64,000 nucleotides of DNA from Octopus vulgaris (lineage: Eukaryota). The first letter of the stretch is position 1; each line of letters starts with the position of its first letter. Position numbers and translations under genes: made by a program. Below the pieces are notes generated by a model that saw only the letters and a program-made list of their open reading frames with translations, searched no databases and was not told the DNA's origin. This document shows, one piece after another, positions 21,983 to 35,345 of this stretch. Where the stretch lies: assembly GCA_951406725.2 (NCBI GenBank), contig OX597814.1, positions 173,910,001-173,974,000 on the forward strand, written 5' to 3'.

Positions 21983-24870
21983 GTAAGATCAAATTATTAC
22001 GCCGTATTATATTGTAGGGGCAGGGCAAGCCCCAAGTACTTCAAATCTGGGACCCATTACTTCAGGATTCGATTTTGTATTGGAATTTAAAAAAAAAAAA
22101 AAAAAAGGAAAAATGAATTCTCTGGACATCATAACTTTAGCAGAAAAGAAAAAAGGGTTCCGGCTTAACGGGTAGAAGTCTTCGGTTTGTGCAACCATAA
22201 TTTTTCAGTTTTTTTCTTGAATTTTCTTTTAAGTTACTTATGCAATCAACTGTGGTTCTGTCCACTAAAACAATATTTACGAGTCTATAAACACGCTATC
22301 ACCCACAGATATTCTATACTTATCTCGCCTTTGTCATTGACTTCCCTGTGTCTATTTTTCTGTGTACAACAGATCTATCCGACCATTCATTCATCCACCT
22401 GCCCACACATTCTTATATTCCCAAATTACTGAACCCCTTTTAACATGTATTTTTCGAACATTTTCTTATCAACCTTGGAGAGTCTAAATATTTCTGCTGT
22501 CTAGTCATAGAGCTCCATTGCTCTCTATTCATTTATCTCTTCTTATCAGTATCACACACATTTTGTTTTACATAATACAATTTAAGATATGCTATTTAAC
22601 TGTATATAAGAGAGGGTGAGAGAGAGAATATTCATGCACACGTTAATTTACGCTTCACTCTTGCCATAAACCTATACGGAATATTTTTGTGCCAATAAAA
22701 CACACTCACACGACTCTTCTTAAGACGGAGGATAGATTCTCTTTTCAGGAAGAGATGCCTTAAGATAATTGAGTGAACTCTTCAGAAACAATCAAGGAGC
22801 AAATTCAACCCAATGGTATATGATCTTAGAAATATAACATATATAATTTCTTATATAGTCCCACCCCCTTTTGAACAGTTATGTAAGGGAGGGGGAAAGA
22901 AGTGAAACAAGAATGTGATTCCCACCCACCCTCCGTCCCCGTGTGCCTTTCTCATCACATTCTCTAAAGTGAATAACAATAGCTGCTGTAAACCAGGTTC
23001 CCCCTGAATATATATATGTGTGGATATATAACTATGTGTGCACAGTATTTGTTCAGGCTTTTTACTTTCTGAGTTCAAATCCTGCTGAGGTCAGCTTTGC
23101 CCCTTATCCTTCCAGGATGGATAAATTAAAATACAGAATCCATGTGATCAACTAAGCCCTTCCTCTCCAAATTACTAGCTTTGTGCCTAAATTAGAACCG
23201 TCAAGGTTAACTTTGCCTTTCATCCTTTCAGGGTCAATAAAATAAAGTTCCAGTCAGGTACTGGTCTCGATGGTATTGACTAACCCCTCCCCTCAAAATT
23301 GTTTGTTTTTTGCCTAAATTAAAAATCATTATTAATGTTGTTGTGCCTACAGTAAAAAGGGTTATTAATGTTGTTGTTGTTGTTTAATAGTGATTAGGAC
23401 AATACATTCAACTGAATCGCATGGCTGAAATATTGAACCACTGACTGCAAAATTTTGATTTAAAATTTTGCTGTGTACAACCTCCTATACTAGCAAATTA
23501 TTTGTAATGTTAAAAAAATAAATAACTGCCGGATATTATTTAGAAAAGCTTCATCCTAGCTAGATTAGAATAAGGCAAAGTGTTTAGTACTGAGATGAGA
23601 CAACGCTTGTGAAAATATTTCCTGGGGAAATTCATAAGAAACTGCCTCTTTCTATCTCTCTCTCTCTCTCTTGCTCTTTATATGGTGTGGGTTCATAAAT
23701 ATATTGTAATTCTGGGATAAGAAGACATTCCCTTTTAATAAATTGGACTGTCTCGGATGAAGTTTCACATCACAAACCATCGAATTACTTTGTAATTTTA
23801 CAAACCTGTTATTGAGAACAGTAGTGAATTATCAGCTTGTAATGGTAGATGGAGTGGTCCATTGAAAACTAAATCCTTTTAACCATGCACTTACTGCGGT
23901 GCCAATGACAAAACACACACACATACTTATATCCTCTTTCTCTCTGCTAGTTATCATATACTTTCATAATCCTGTTGTTAATATCCTACTTCATTGATGA
24001 GTGATTCATTTAGGAGAAGCAATTTATGCAAATCTTTAACATTTCAAAACTTATTACAACACGACACTTTATGATGAAGAAGCTTCTACACATCTGAGCA
24101 CAACTTGCTAGAAATAGCAGTCAAATTTCCCACACCTCATAAAAGAAATTGTATAGACAGAAATCTCAATGGGAACCCATCAAATGGATCTTGTCATACT
24201 GTGTCATGTGGATTCTACTTGAGGATTACATTAAGGGTACAAGTATCTACAGGATACTTACCCCTCACACCATAATTCAATGAAACAACAGGAATAAGCA
24301 CAGGCGTGGTTATGGTCTTGTGTTTAGTTTTATTGTGTAAGACCTTGGGCAAATATCTTCTAGTTCAACTTTGAGCCAACCAAAGCCTTGTGAGTGGATT
24401 TGGTGGGCAGAAACTAAAAGTAGCTTGTGTGTGTGTGTTATGTGTGCCTTTGTCTTGATATCACATGATGATTATAAATGAGCATCACCATCATACAAGT
24501 GATGTTGTTTGCTTCTAGTCTTTTGTGGAAAACGTCTAACCATGGGAAATATTTCTTTGCTTGGAGACAGGTGAGGATTGGCTACAGGAAAGGCATCCAA
24601 CCATGGGAAATCTGCCTCAACAAATTTTGTCTTGTCAACGAAAGCATGGAAAAATTAAATGATGATGATGTTTACTCATCCTCGAAGCTAACTAAAAGCC
24701 ATTTACCTTTTAACTAACAGAAATAGGTACCAGTAAAGCTAATTACTCATGACTGGATGAAAACTCAATTAATTCTAATTTATCATGCAGATATGAGAGG
24801 AAGGCAATATCGATGTCTTGAGACGAATTTCATAGAGACTGAATTGAGTTTAGTAATATTGAAAGAAAAA

Positions 24871-25151
24871 CGACCTCCTTCGGTCATGAATGACCATGGG
24901 ATTGCACCTAGAGAGTAACCCACCAAGGCACTAGTCTGAGCAAGGTTGTTTATTGAAAACCAACAGCCACCCATGCATACTACCAATGTTATCCAGTAAC
25001 ATCGCAACTCATTTCTGCAGTTGATTGAACTGGGGCAGTGTGAAATAAAGTGTTTTGCTCAAGAACACAGCACACAGCCTGGTTTGGAAATTGAACTCTC
25101 TACCTCATGATTGTGAGCCCGATGCTCTAACCACTGAGCCATGCACCTTCA
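24871..25151 (-). mobile_element. tRNA-headed SINE (D-type head) with a 3' end shared with the BovB-like LINE
   Basis: Head ggctcagtggttagagc...gttcaatttcc. The 3' end ccatggtcattcatgaccgaaggagg resembles LINE 6026-6051. Confidence 0.75.
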
Positions 25152-25985
25152 CTGGTAATGATACACATTGTCTTTGTAATTGATAAAATAGTAATATTAC
25201 TGATACTTATTTTATCAACTACAAAGACAGTGTCAGTCAGTCAGCAGAATTCCAAAGATATGTAGGTGCAGACATGGCTGTGTGGTTAAGAAGTTTGCTC
25301 TACAACCATGCGATCTTGGGTTCTGCCCCACAAGCCAGGACTTTGTGCAAGTGTCTTCTACTATAGCCCTGGATTGATCAGTGCCTTGAATGAATTTAGA
25401 AGATGGAAACTATGTAGAATCCTGCCACACACACACACACTTAAGGCAAGATGACAGAATTATTAGTACACCAGGTGAAATACTTAGTGGTATTAGTTCA
25501 TCCTTATGTTCTGAGTTCAAATTCCACCAAGTCGACCTGGTCTTTCAGGGTCAGTAGAATAAGTTCCAGATGAGCACTGGAGTTGATGTAATCAACTTAA
25601 AAATACTCCTGGGTAAGAGTATAAAATCCTGCACTTCTCTGCTAAGCCATGTCGTAGAGTAGGCTCATCAAACCAGTTGCAGTTGGTGCAGAGAATCTGC
25701 TGAGGTCTTTGTCCTGCAGTGAACTGAACATAAGCAATCCAATTTAATTCAATATGTATATATGTTTTCTTTTATTCTTTTATTTGTTTCAGTCATTTGA
25801 CTGTGGCCATGCTGGTGCACTGCCTTTAGTCGAGCAAATCAACCCTAGCACTTTTTCTTTGTAAGTCTAGTACTTGTTCTATCAATTACTTTTGCTGAAC
25901 CACTAAGTTATGGGGACGTAAATACACCAGCATTGGCTGTTAAGCAACGGTGGGGTACAAACACACAACACACATATATATATAT

Positions 25986-26140
25986 AGTTGGAATTTACAG
26001 AAAAACAAAAGACAAAGACAGGTGTATTAGTTAAACACTTGAGACAGTGAGAAAGTCTTTTATGTTTCGAGCCTACGCTCTCCAACAGAAAGGAACACGA
26101 GAAAATAAACTGAGATAGAATAAAAAAAGCTTTAGTGGCT
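25986..26140 (-). mobile_element. Penelope-like fragment with a degenerate hammerhead (26057-26092), nested in the (TA)n of a SINE-A
   Basis: Minus strand cttt-CTGTTGG-a-GAGC(gtag)GCTC-GAAAC-ATA-aaag. SINE-A sequence resumes on both sides. Confidence 0.65.
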
Positions 26141-26674
26141 GGGTTTCTTTCAGTTTCTCATCTACCAGATCCACTCACAAGTCTTTGATCGGCCCGAGGC
26201 TATAGTAGAAGACATTTGCCCAAAGTGCCACGCCGTGGGGCTGCACCTGGAACCATGTGTATGTGTGTATGCTTGCATGTGTGTATATATATATATATAT
26301 ATATATGCTTGTATGTATATCCCTCCCAACCCCATTGCTTGACAAGCACCATTGGTTTGTTTACATTTCCTCAATTTAACAATTTGGTAAAAGAGGATGA
26401 TAGCATAGGTACCAGACTTTAAACATAAGTTCCCAGGTCGATTTGTCCAACTAAAACTACAAGTCATCACTCCCATATGGCTGCAGTCCAATGACAGAAA
26501 CAAGTAAAAGACTATATAGGGACAGAATTAAATTACCAGAGATGAATTTAACGTGATTCTGCAAAATATTTCTCACAAACCATTACCCTGATGATAAATT
26601 AGATAAACTTTTGTAGTTAAAACCCTTAATTATAAAAAGAGTGTTATCATATAAAATTCTTTGCTCTTTTATAC

Positions 26675-26737
<63 letters not shown>

Positions 26738-29195
26738 GGGTCAGATAGAATTTGTAAAGGTAGATTTTCTGTGACCAAAAGCCCTTTGTCTCCTACTCTC
26801 AACTGTTTCCAAAACTAGACATGCTTTCCATGAAAGACTGAAAACGAATATCACGTGATGTCAAGACACTGGCTCATGCACACACACACACACACTGTGG
26901 GCTTCTTTTAGTTTCCATTTCCCAAATCAACTCACAAGGCTTCGGTTGGCCGTAGGCTATAGTTGAAGACACTTGCTCAAGGTGCTACACATTGGAACTG
27001 AACCAGAGACTATATGATTGCAAAGCAAGCTTCTCAACCATACAGCCTAAAATTTATTCATTTATTTATATATTTTCATTTATTTTGGAGATTGGGGTAA
27101 GTTCTTCATTGTGATGTTCATGTTCTGTTGTTTAACACCAGGTCAACTCTGATCATGCAAAACTATGATCAAAGTATTCCACCCATGACCATACCCCCTT
27201 GCTTTCAAACAGTCTTTCCAGGACTACATTATCTAGTGTTACTTTACTTTGCTTACTATTTCTAGTAGGTCAGACGACCATGCAGAATCTCTTTCACTGG
27301 CTTGTGTAGTAACTGTTGTATGTAGGTGGATTTTGCCTATTTCTTTGTTATATTATTGTAAAAGATATTTTGTTTTTGTTTTTCAATTTGTAGAGTTTTC
27401 AAGTTATCAGATCTGAAGTAATAGGTTTTGACTCATTTATGCTTCGTGGTGCAAGAGGAACGTTTGTGTGTCCATTGATTATAGTAATGCATGTCAACCA
27501 GATCAAATTATATAAGTAAACCACCCACGTTAGCAATCGTACACTTATAAAATAACACACACACTCACACACTAACACATGTTCTCACTGACTCACAAGA
27601 CTATAAAAAGATATTTGTCTATATACGTAAGCAAGTAACTATAAATCAATTCGTATATATGTCCATCCCCCCTTGTTTGTTTGTGTACGCATGTGTTTTA
27701 TATGTATATATATTTTATATTTGTGTGTGTTTGTGTGATTTGGAGAAATTTTGTGTTTACCAGGGGTTCCTTAACTGGTTTCAACTATTGGACCTTGGTC
27801 ATATCAGAGCACTGCTTTCTATAGAATAATCAATTACACAAGCCTCTGTGCTTACTTTTCTTGACTTACTTTTCTTTGTTTATTTTATTGACCTTGAAAG
27901 GATTAAACCTGAGTGGGGTTTGACCTCAGAAAATGAAGGGATATAACTGAATATTATAAGGTAGATTTGCTGATGCTTTACTAATTTTGCCATCCACCTG
28001 TTATATGGAGATATTATTTTACAAAATCTTGCCAAGATTTCCATAAAACTTGAGAGTCAACACTTTGCTCTAGCATCAAGGCATGGAAAGAATGAGTGAT
28101 ACTCCTGTCACACACATACAATCTTTAAATACGACATCAACATATAGAAAACTTTCTCAGAAAATCTGTTATATATATATACCAAACAGCTGTGTGTTGA
28201 TGTATGTTAAGTATTATGTGTCACTAAGTACTTATAAAACGACTGAATGATTAAGAAGTTTGCTTTGCAACCATGAGGTTCTGCATTTGATCCCATTGCA
28301 TTAGATCTTGGGTGGAGGCATGTGGCTTGGTGGTTAGGAGTCTTGGACTCTTGATTGTAAGGTTGTGGTTTCGATTCCTGGACTGGACGACGCATTGTGT
28401 TCTTGAATAAAATACTTCATTTCACAGTACTCCAGCCTACTTAGCTGGCAAAAATGAGTAATCTTGCGATGGACAGGCATCCCATCCAGGTGGGGAATAT
28501 ATACACCACGAAACCAGGAAACTGGCCCTTATGAGTCGGTACAACTCAAGAAGTTAACTTTACCTTTTTGTCACATCTTGGGCAAGTTTCTATTACTATA
28601 ACCCTGGGTCCATTCAAATCTTGTAAGTGAAGTTGCATGGATTGTACTTGTTATTCACAGATTCAGCTTTGTCACACACTGTCATACTGACTTTCTCCAA
28701 GTATTACATAAGAAGACACAGCTATTGAATATTAAGTCACATGCTAGCTCAATAAGTAGGCCGTTCTGTTGACCAAACAATTAGAACACTCATTGTGAAG
28801 ATTGCTTGTGATCCATTTATATAATCAAATATTCCCAAATGTATTAGAATTCAAGGCAATAACCTACTAAGCCTTTTTGCTTTCGTTTTTTCTTTATATT
28901 CCTAGTAACCAGGACATTACAACAACACAAATTATGAGTCCATAGTAACTATCATTTATAACTCTAATCTTAATCTTACTTTCATGCCTTATGTCATCAT
29001 CATCATCATTGTTTTAATGTCCACTTTTCCATACTCTGACAGTCTACTGAGGCAGATTTTCAACAACCAGATGCCCTTTCTGTTGTCAACCCTTACCTGT
29101 CGCCAAACATGACCAAACATATTTCTGCAGACCAAACATATTTCTTGTGAGTGGATTTGGTAGACAGAAATTGAAATAAGCCTGTCGTATATATG

Positions 29196-29228
<33 letters not shown>

Positions 29229-30039
29229 CTGTGTTTGTCCCCCAACATCTCTTGACAACCAATGCTGGTGTGTTTACATCCCTATAACTTAGCCGTTCGG
29301 CAAAAGATATCGATAGAATAAGTACCAGGCTTACAAAGAATAAGTCCTGGGGTCGATTTGCTCGACTAAAGGCGGTGCTCCAGCATGGCCACAGTCAAAT
29401 GACTGAAACGAGTAAAAGAGAGAGAGTGAGGAAGGAGATAGATCTTGTTAAATTTTGCCAGTTCGTCACTCACAGAATCATTTTGGCATCTAATTTATTT
29501 TTATAGCTGGATGAAAATTTAATTACCAGTAGAGATTTAAAATGTGAATATATTTCAAATGTTACCCAAAATGCAATGCTCTTCCCTTTGTTAAAGCCAA
29601 GTATAAATATTGACCAAGACAACCTACTTTATTCCCTTTCAACTTCAATGTTTGTAAACAATTTTCTTTACAACCTAATTTCCTTCCACAGCCTAGATAT
29701 ATATCAATATACTGTGAGCTGACTGACTCACTTACACATGCATACTCATACAAAACAAAATACTGGAATACTTCTTTTTATTTATTGTTATTTTGGCCAA
29801 GGTCTGTCTACATTGAGCAGATCCATAATCAAAAACATTCCGGTCATAACCATCCCTTTTCTTCTATCATATCAGATATGTGTCTAATTTGTTACCCAAT
29901 GTAGTCTTTAAGGCAGTAGGCTTAGATTTAAGGGTAATTTGGTTGTTATTTCTAACAGGGTAAGCAACCATGTAGATGCTCTTTTGTTGACTCATTTCTT
30001 TACCGCATGTGTATTGGATGTGTGTGTACACACACACAC

Positions 30040-30074
<35 letters not shown>

Positions 30075-30653
30075 CTATTCCTGAGCGTTATACTAATACA
30101 TCTGTTTGTTTTGTACACCACCTGTCTTCGTTTTTTTTTGTTTTTTTGTAAATATATATATATATATAGTACCTTTATAAAAGTCCTTTATAATAGTACC
30201 TTTATATATATATATATATAGTACCTTTATAAAAGTCTATGTCTGCATTACCAAGAGCGGATATTTTCACCTAGCTGGGTTGCGTTGTCTGCACACACAG
30301 CAGGAGTATCAGGTACGAACACCCCTGCACGGAGTCTTGATGTTCAATATTTAATATTGTTTGGGTGTGCGAATTATACTGAGCTAGCAAGGTACCTAAT
30401 TCAATTGAATCTTAATTATATTAACCCTCTCTCTTTCTCAGAGAGGCACAAGCACCTACACACACGTATACACATACAGCAGTAACTTCCGCCTACCAAA
30501 TTCAATCACAAAGCTTCGGTCGGCCCGGGGCTATAGCAGAAGACACTTGCCCAAAGTGCCCGAAACCATGTAGCTAGGAAGCAAGCCTCCTAACCACACA
30601 GCCATGCCCGCGCCTACGATATTATATTATTTATATATATACATATATATATG

Positions 30654-31208
<555 letters not shown>

Positions 31209-31269
31209 CACACACACACATTTTGCAAAATTCCTGATGTGAAATTCTGTGTTTAAACAGATATTGTTA

Positions 31270-31592
31270 TATTTCAGGATGGTCATTTTTCTTTTCTTAT
31301 CAAATAAACACATGCACTATATAGCACTTTTTTTTTATTATTGTTCTTGTTTTATGTCCACTGTCTGGAAATTTTTCATCACACACCTGTGATCCCTCCA
31401 ATGTCTCTCCATCCCACATGTCTCCTCCAGAGCAGGAGGAGATATGTGGGATAGCGAATCACTCAAGAGGTCAGGTGTGTGTGATGAAAGGTTTTCAGGC
31501 AATGGACATAAAATGAGAACAATCCTAAGCAAGTGAAGACAAATATATATAGTGTATGTGTTTATTTGGCAAGAAAAATGACCATCCCAATA
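31270..31592. mobile_element. Foldback/MITE-like element, imperfectly palindromic over its whole length
   Basis: Paired segments: ggatggtcatttttct / agaaaaatgaccatcc; aaataaacacatgcactatata / tatatagtgtatgtgtttattt; ttcatcacacacctg / caggtgtgtgtgatgaa; atcccacatgtctcctcc / ggaggagatatgtgggat. Confidence 0.8.
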
Positions 31593-31603
31593 TATATATA
31601 TGT

Positions 31604-31912
31604 GGAGGCACAATGGCCCAGTGGTTAGGGCAGTGGACTCACGGTCGTAGGATCACGGTTTCGATTCCCAGATCAGGCGTTGCGAGTGTTTATTGAGTGA
31701 AAATACCTAAAAGCTCCACGAGGCTCCGGCAAGGGGTGGTGGCGATCCCTGCTGTACACTTTCACCACAACTTTCTCTCACTCTTTCTTCTGTTGGCCTG
31801 CTTGCTTAGCCGGCGGGGTGGCGTCGTTTGAAGGATAAAACAATGCAAAGCACATTGTGACCAGCGATGTGTAGCAACATCTGATAGCCTGGGTGGTCAC
31901 GATGATCACGAG
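31604..31912 (+). mobile_element. SINE family C
   Basis: Same head and body as the 19161 copy. Confidence 0.9.
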
Positions 31913-32147
31913 ATATATATATATATAAACTGCGAATCTCTTTGTTTTTTTTGTTTTTCTATTGATCTACTTGATTAAGCTTGGGCTGTGACTAATCAAC
32001 ATCACAAAGGTTGTAAACAGTAATATTTGAACTCATGACTATGTTGTAAGTAGCAGTCCAATGCTCATAGCCATTGATGCCTTGCTTTCAGGCAGAAACT
32101 TTGTTCAAATTTTAGCAGAATACCTGTGGAGTTAAGACGTTTACTTC

Positions 32148-32182
<35 letters not shown>

Positions 32183-32822
32183 GAAATTATTGTTTACAGT
32201 GCTCAGGTGCACCACAACTTGTCAGAAAGTGCATATAAAGTGTGTGCAGTAATGTACAAAATTCTGGAAAGCAAACAATGTATGAGTCAGATACATGCTT
32301 GTGTGTGTATGGAGGGGAGAAAATCAGGCGTAGTGTTGGCGAATCTCAGAAAGCATGGAAGTTTTGAAGGATGCAGTGCTCCGACAACTAACAACTGATG
32401 CTAGCAGTTTGTTCCATGCTTCAGCAACTCTCAGCGTAAAACCTTGGGCAAGTGTCTTTTACTATAGCCCTGGGCTGACCAATGACTTGTCAGTGAATTT
32501 GGTTGATGGAGACTGCACAGGAGTCCATCATATGCGTGTGTGTGTGTGTGTGTTTGTTTATCTCTCACCTGTTGACATTTGGTGATTTTTTGTTTACCCA
32601 CACATATATATATGCGCCGTAACCACATGTTCTTTTCTTTAGTTATTCTTTTCCTTCTCTCTGGATCTTTCCTCTTTCTGACAAAGAGCCATTCTCAACA
32701 CATCACACCCCATCTTTTTTCCATCTTAAACTGAGTGTCGACTTAATATATTTGCCATGTATGTCCTTTTGACTTATGTTGTTTTTGTTTTTATTTTTGA
32801 TTTGCCAATACACACACATACA

Positions 32823-33042
32823 CACGAGGAGGTGCTGAAAAGTCCCTGGCTTTCGATGAAAGAAAATACAGGAGGATCAGTTATTATTTCATTCAACATA
32901 TTCTCCATTCAGATTCACACACTTATTGCAGTGGTCCTTCAGTTTTTCTAAGCCCTGTAAAAGAACTCATAAGTTTGGGCCTCCAACCAGGCCTTTTGCG
33001 ATACCCTTAAAGCTAGGAACTTCTTTGCCCTACCCCCTCATA
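32823..33042. mobile_element. Mariner-derived MITE
   Basis: TIRs cacgaggaggtgctgaaaagtccctggcttt / aaagctaggaacttctttgccctaccccctcata. Its internal part recurs at about 34951-35044. Confidence 0.75.
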
Positions 33043-33570
33043 TATATATATATATATAGCAACTTACAGTTTAACAAAAAAAGAGGCCAATAGAGTAAGT
33101 ACCAGACTTAAGGTTGATTTTATTGGCTAATCCCATCAAAGCAGTGCCCCAATTTTGTTGCACTTCAGTGACTGGCACAAGTAAAATAATAAACATCTGT
33201 GTTAGTGTTTTTGTAGAAGGAATTGGTAGTTCATATCTTGTCAGTTGCATATTCTTTGTCCATGATCAAGGCACTTAACTCTCTTTGATCTGGTTCATCT
33301 AGCTATATATAGGCACCATATGGCATTGATTTACTATTATAAACATTAGTGATACTGAAAATTGACAGGTGCTCTGGGTTCTATTTCCTCATTGGGAAAG
33401 TTAACTTGCAATAGATTGGTATCCTATCCAGTGAAAGATTTCTTTCTCAATCATTTATTATTAGAAAGCAAAGTTGGCTCGCTCTTGAACCAGTAGACTT
33501 TCAGACCCCCCCCCCAAAAAAAAAATTAACTTTTTAACTTGTTTGTTGAGGTTTATATATATATATATAT

Positions 33571-33848
33571 TGGTAAAAACGGTAAGATAACAAAAGAAAG
33601 AAAGAGACCTCAATATTATGTAAATAGAAGAAATTTATCTGTAAATTAATATGTGACAATTATTCAATAGCCAGGATAAAACTCTGAGTTTCGGATGCCG
33701 AAGTGGAAATCCACAACACCATCTCTTCAGTTATCTGGCCATCTGAGAGATAACCGAAGAGATGGTGTTGTGGATTTCCACTTCGGCATCCGAAACTCAG
33801 AGTTTTATCTTGGCTATTGAATAATTGTCACATATTAATTTACAGATA
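33571..33848. mobile_element. Penelope-like terminal fragment in inverted arrangement, flanked by (TA)n
   Basis: ~101-bp near-perfect inverted arms (33636-33736 and 33748-33848), each with a hammerhead fold. Confidence 0.75.
33675..33735 (-). ncRNA. Type I hammerhead ribozyme with canonical CUGAAGA (mirror copy 33748-33810 on + has CCGAAGA)
   Basis: gataa-CTGAAGA-GATG(gtgttgtggatttccacttcgg)CATC-c-GAAA-CT(cag)AG-TT-ttatc. Stem I is gataa/ttatc and the cleavage triplet is GUU. Confidence 0.7.
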
Positions 33849-34559
33849 TATATATATACATATATATTCAGTTAGTTAATTTGAGAAAGAGTGGCATACA
33901 GCCGGATTTTCGAGTCTTGAAAAGACAGTAGGAAGGGGATTAAATTCTAGGAAGAAATGTTCTACAAAGTGTTTATTGTGAAGTCTAGGATATGACAAAT
34001 AGTATGTCGAGTAAAAGAAGTGATAAGCTTATCAAATGTGTCTTGGTGGAAACCTCATTGTACAGCTTAACAAATTCAAAGGATTAGGGATAATTTTCCT
34101 AGTCAAGGGGCACAAAGATATGGTGTCAGGGTTTTAGATTGTTGGTGAAGGTAGATATAGAATGTGATTACATCATTCCACTTGTTTAAACAGTATACAA
34201 AGTGTTGGTATATTTATGCTTTATTTAAATACCCCCCTTCTGCTTTCCTCTTAAAAGAAATCTTAGATTTTATTGAACAGCTTCGGGTGTGTGAAGAATG
34301 TTTGGTTCACATAGTTATAAAACTTTGTGTGATAACAGAAATACATTTTAAATACATTTTTCTTTTTTTTTGCTTTGTACTAATACAATTTTTTTTTTAA
34401 ATCAAAGATGCCTTTAAAGGTTGAGTAAAACATGACCCTCATGTAAATATATAAATTTGCTATACGTATAAACGAAAGCTAATAAATTTTCATTAATTAA
34501 TATTATACTGTTAATGATGAGAAAAAAACTCTACTGCACCTGCTTTCACTAAAACTCCA

Positions 34560-35345
34560 GTTCTACCTAAATGACGTGCTACCATTATTCCGCTGTTCAA
34601 AGAGAGTGACTGCACATCACCTGTTAGTTACTGTCCAGTTAGTCTTACCAGCTGAATCACCCCAGATTTATGGCATCTGTACCAAAGAGACAGTCTGGAA
34701 CTTCTAAAACTTTTATAACCTTGTTCAACCCTCACAATTTAGATTTATCTTTAACTCCAGCTGTTATGGCCAACTTATTGAATTTCTTGAAAACATCACC
34801 TGAATTATAGGTGGTGGTTCATGGATGTTATCTATCTCATCTTCACCTTTAATTCTGTGCTACACAAATGGCTTATGGAGAGGTTCTCTGCAATTGCCAT
34901 GAGGGCTAATCTGGTTGAAATCCTTTATTCTTGGTCAAAAATAGGTAGTCATACAGGAGGATCAGTTAATTATGATTTCATTCAACATATTCTCCTCTCA
35001 GATTCACACACTTATTGCAGTGGTCCTTCAGTTTTTCTAAGCCCCACAGAGATCTGTTCTTGGTCCTTTATTTGTTGCATGCATTAATGAAATATATGCC
35101 AACTTGAAGTGTTTTACTGTGTTACAATATGCAGAGAACAACAAGTTATACCTTGAAACAAAAAAAGAACAGATCCTACATGTAGACCTTTCTTGCAATC
35201 TGACCTGAACTTAACACAACACTAGATTACTGACCAGTGCAATTGTCCAGTGGTAATCAAGAGATTGGAAGAGACCACACAGGAAACCTCAAAGCTGGGA
35301 AAGCAACATAGTCAAACAATTCAAGTCAAAATAATATCAGACATG
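34560..35345 (+). pseudogene. Degenerate CR1-type reverse transcriptase interrupted by a mariner-MITE piece
   Basis: Remnants IIPLFKESDCTSPVSYCPVSLTS, QLIEFLENIT..MDVIYL, SVLGPLF...IN, YAENNKLY (resembles YADDxKLY) and LQSDL. Confidence 0.75.

Larger units (their letters stand above)
18550..22400. promoter_or_regulatory. CpG-retaining (likely unmethylated) promoter region, possibly bidirectional
   Basis: Visibly higher CpG content than the flanks, and repeat copies inside keep their CpGs. Opposite-facing splice donors at 21640/21651 (-) and 21983 (+). ZNF143-like ACTACTACTCCCAG at 21808-21821. Confidence 0.6.

Noticed and set aside
27394-27417. 24-nt microexon candidate in the EVI5 intron
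   Set aside because: Introduces TGA in the required phase-1 frame, and the donor is weak.
33870-34310. Penelope ORF remnants beside the foldbacks (also 10340-10760)
   Set aside because: Composition is suggestive, but no RT or GIY-YIG motif could be read.
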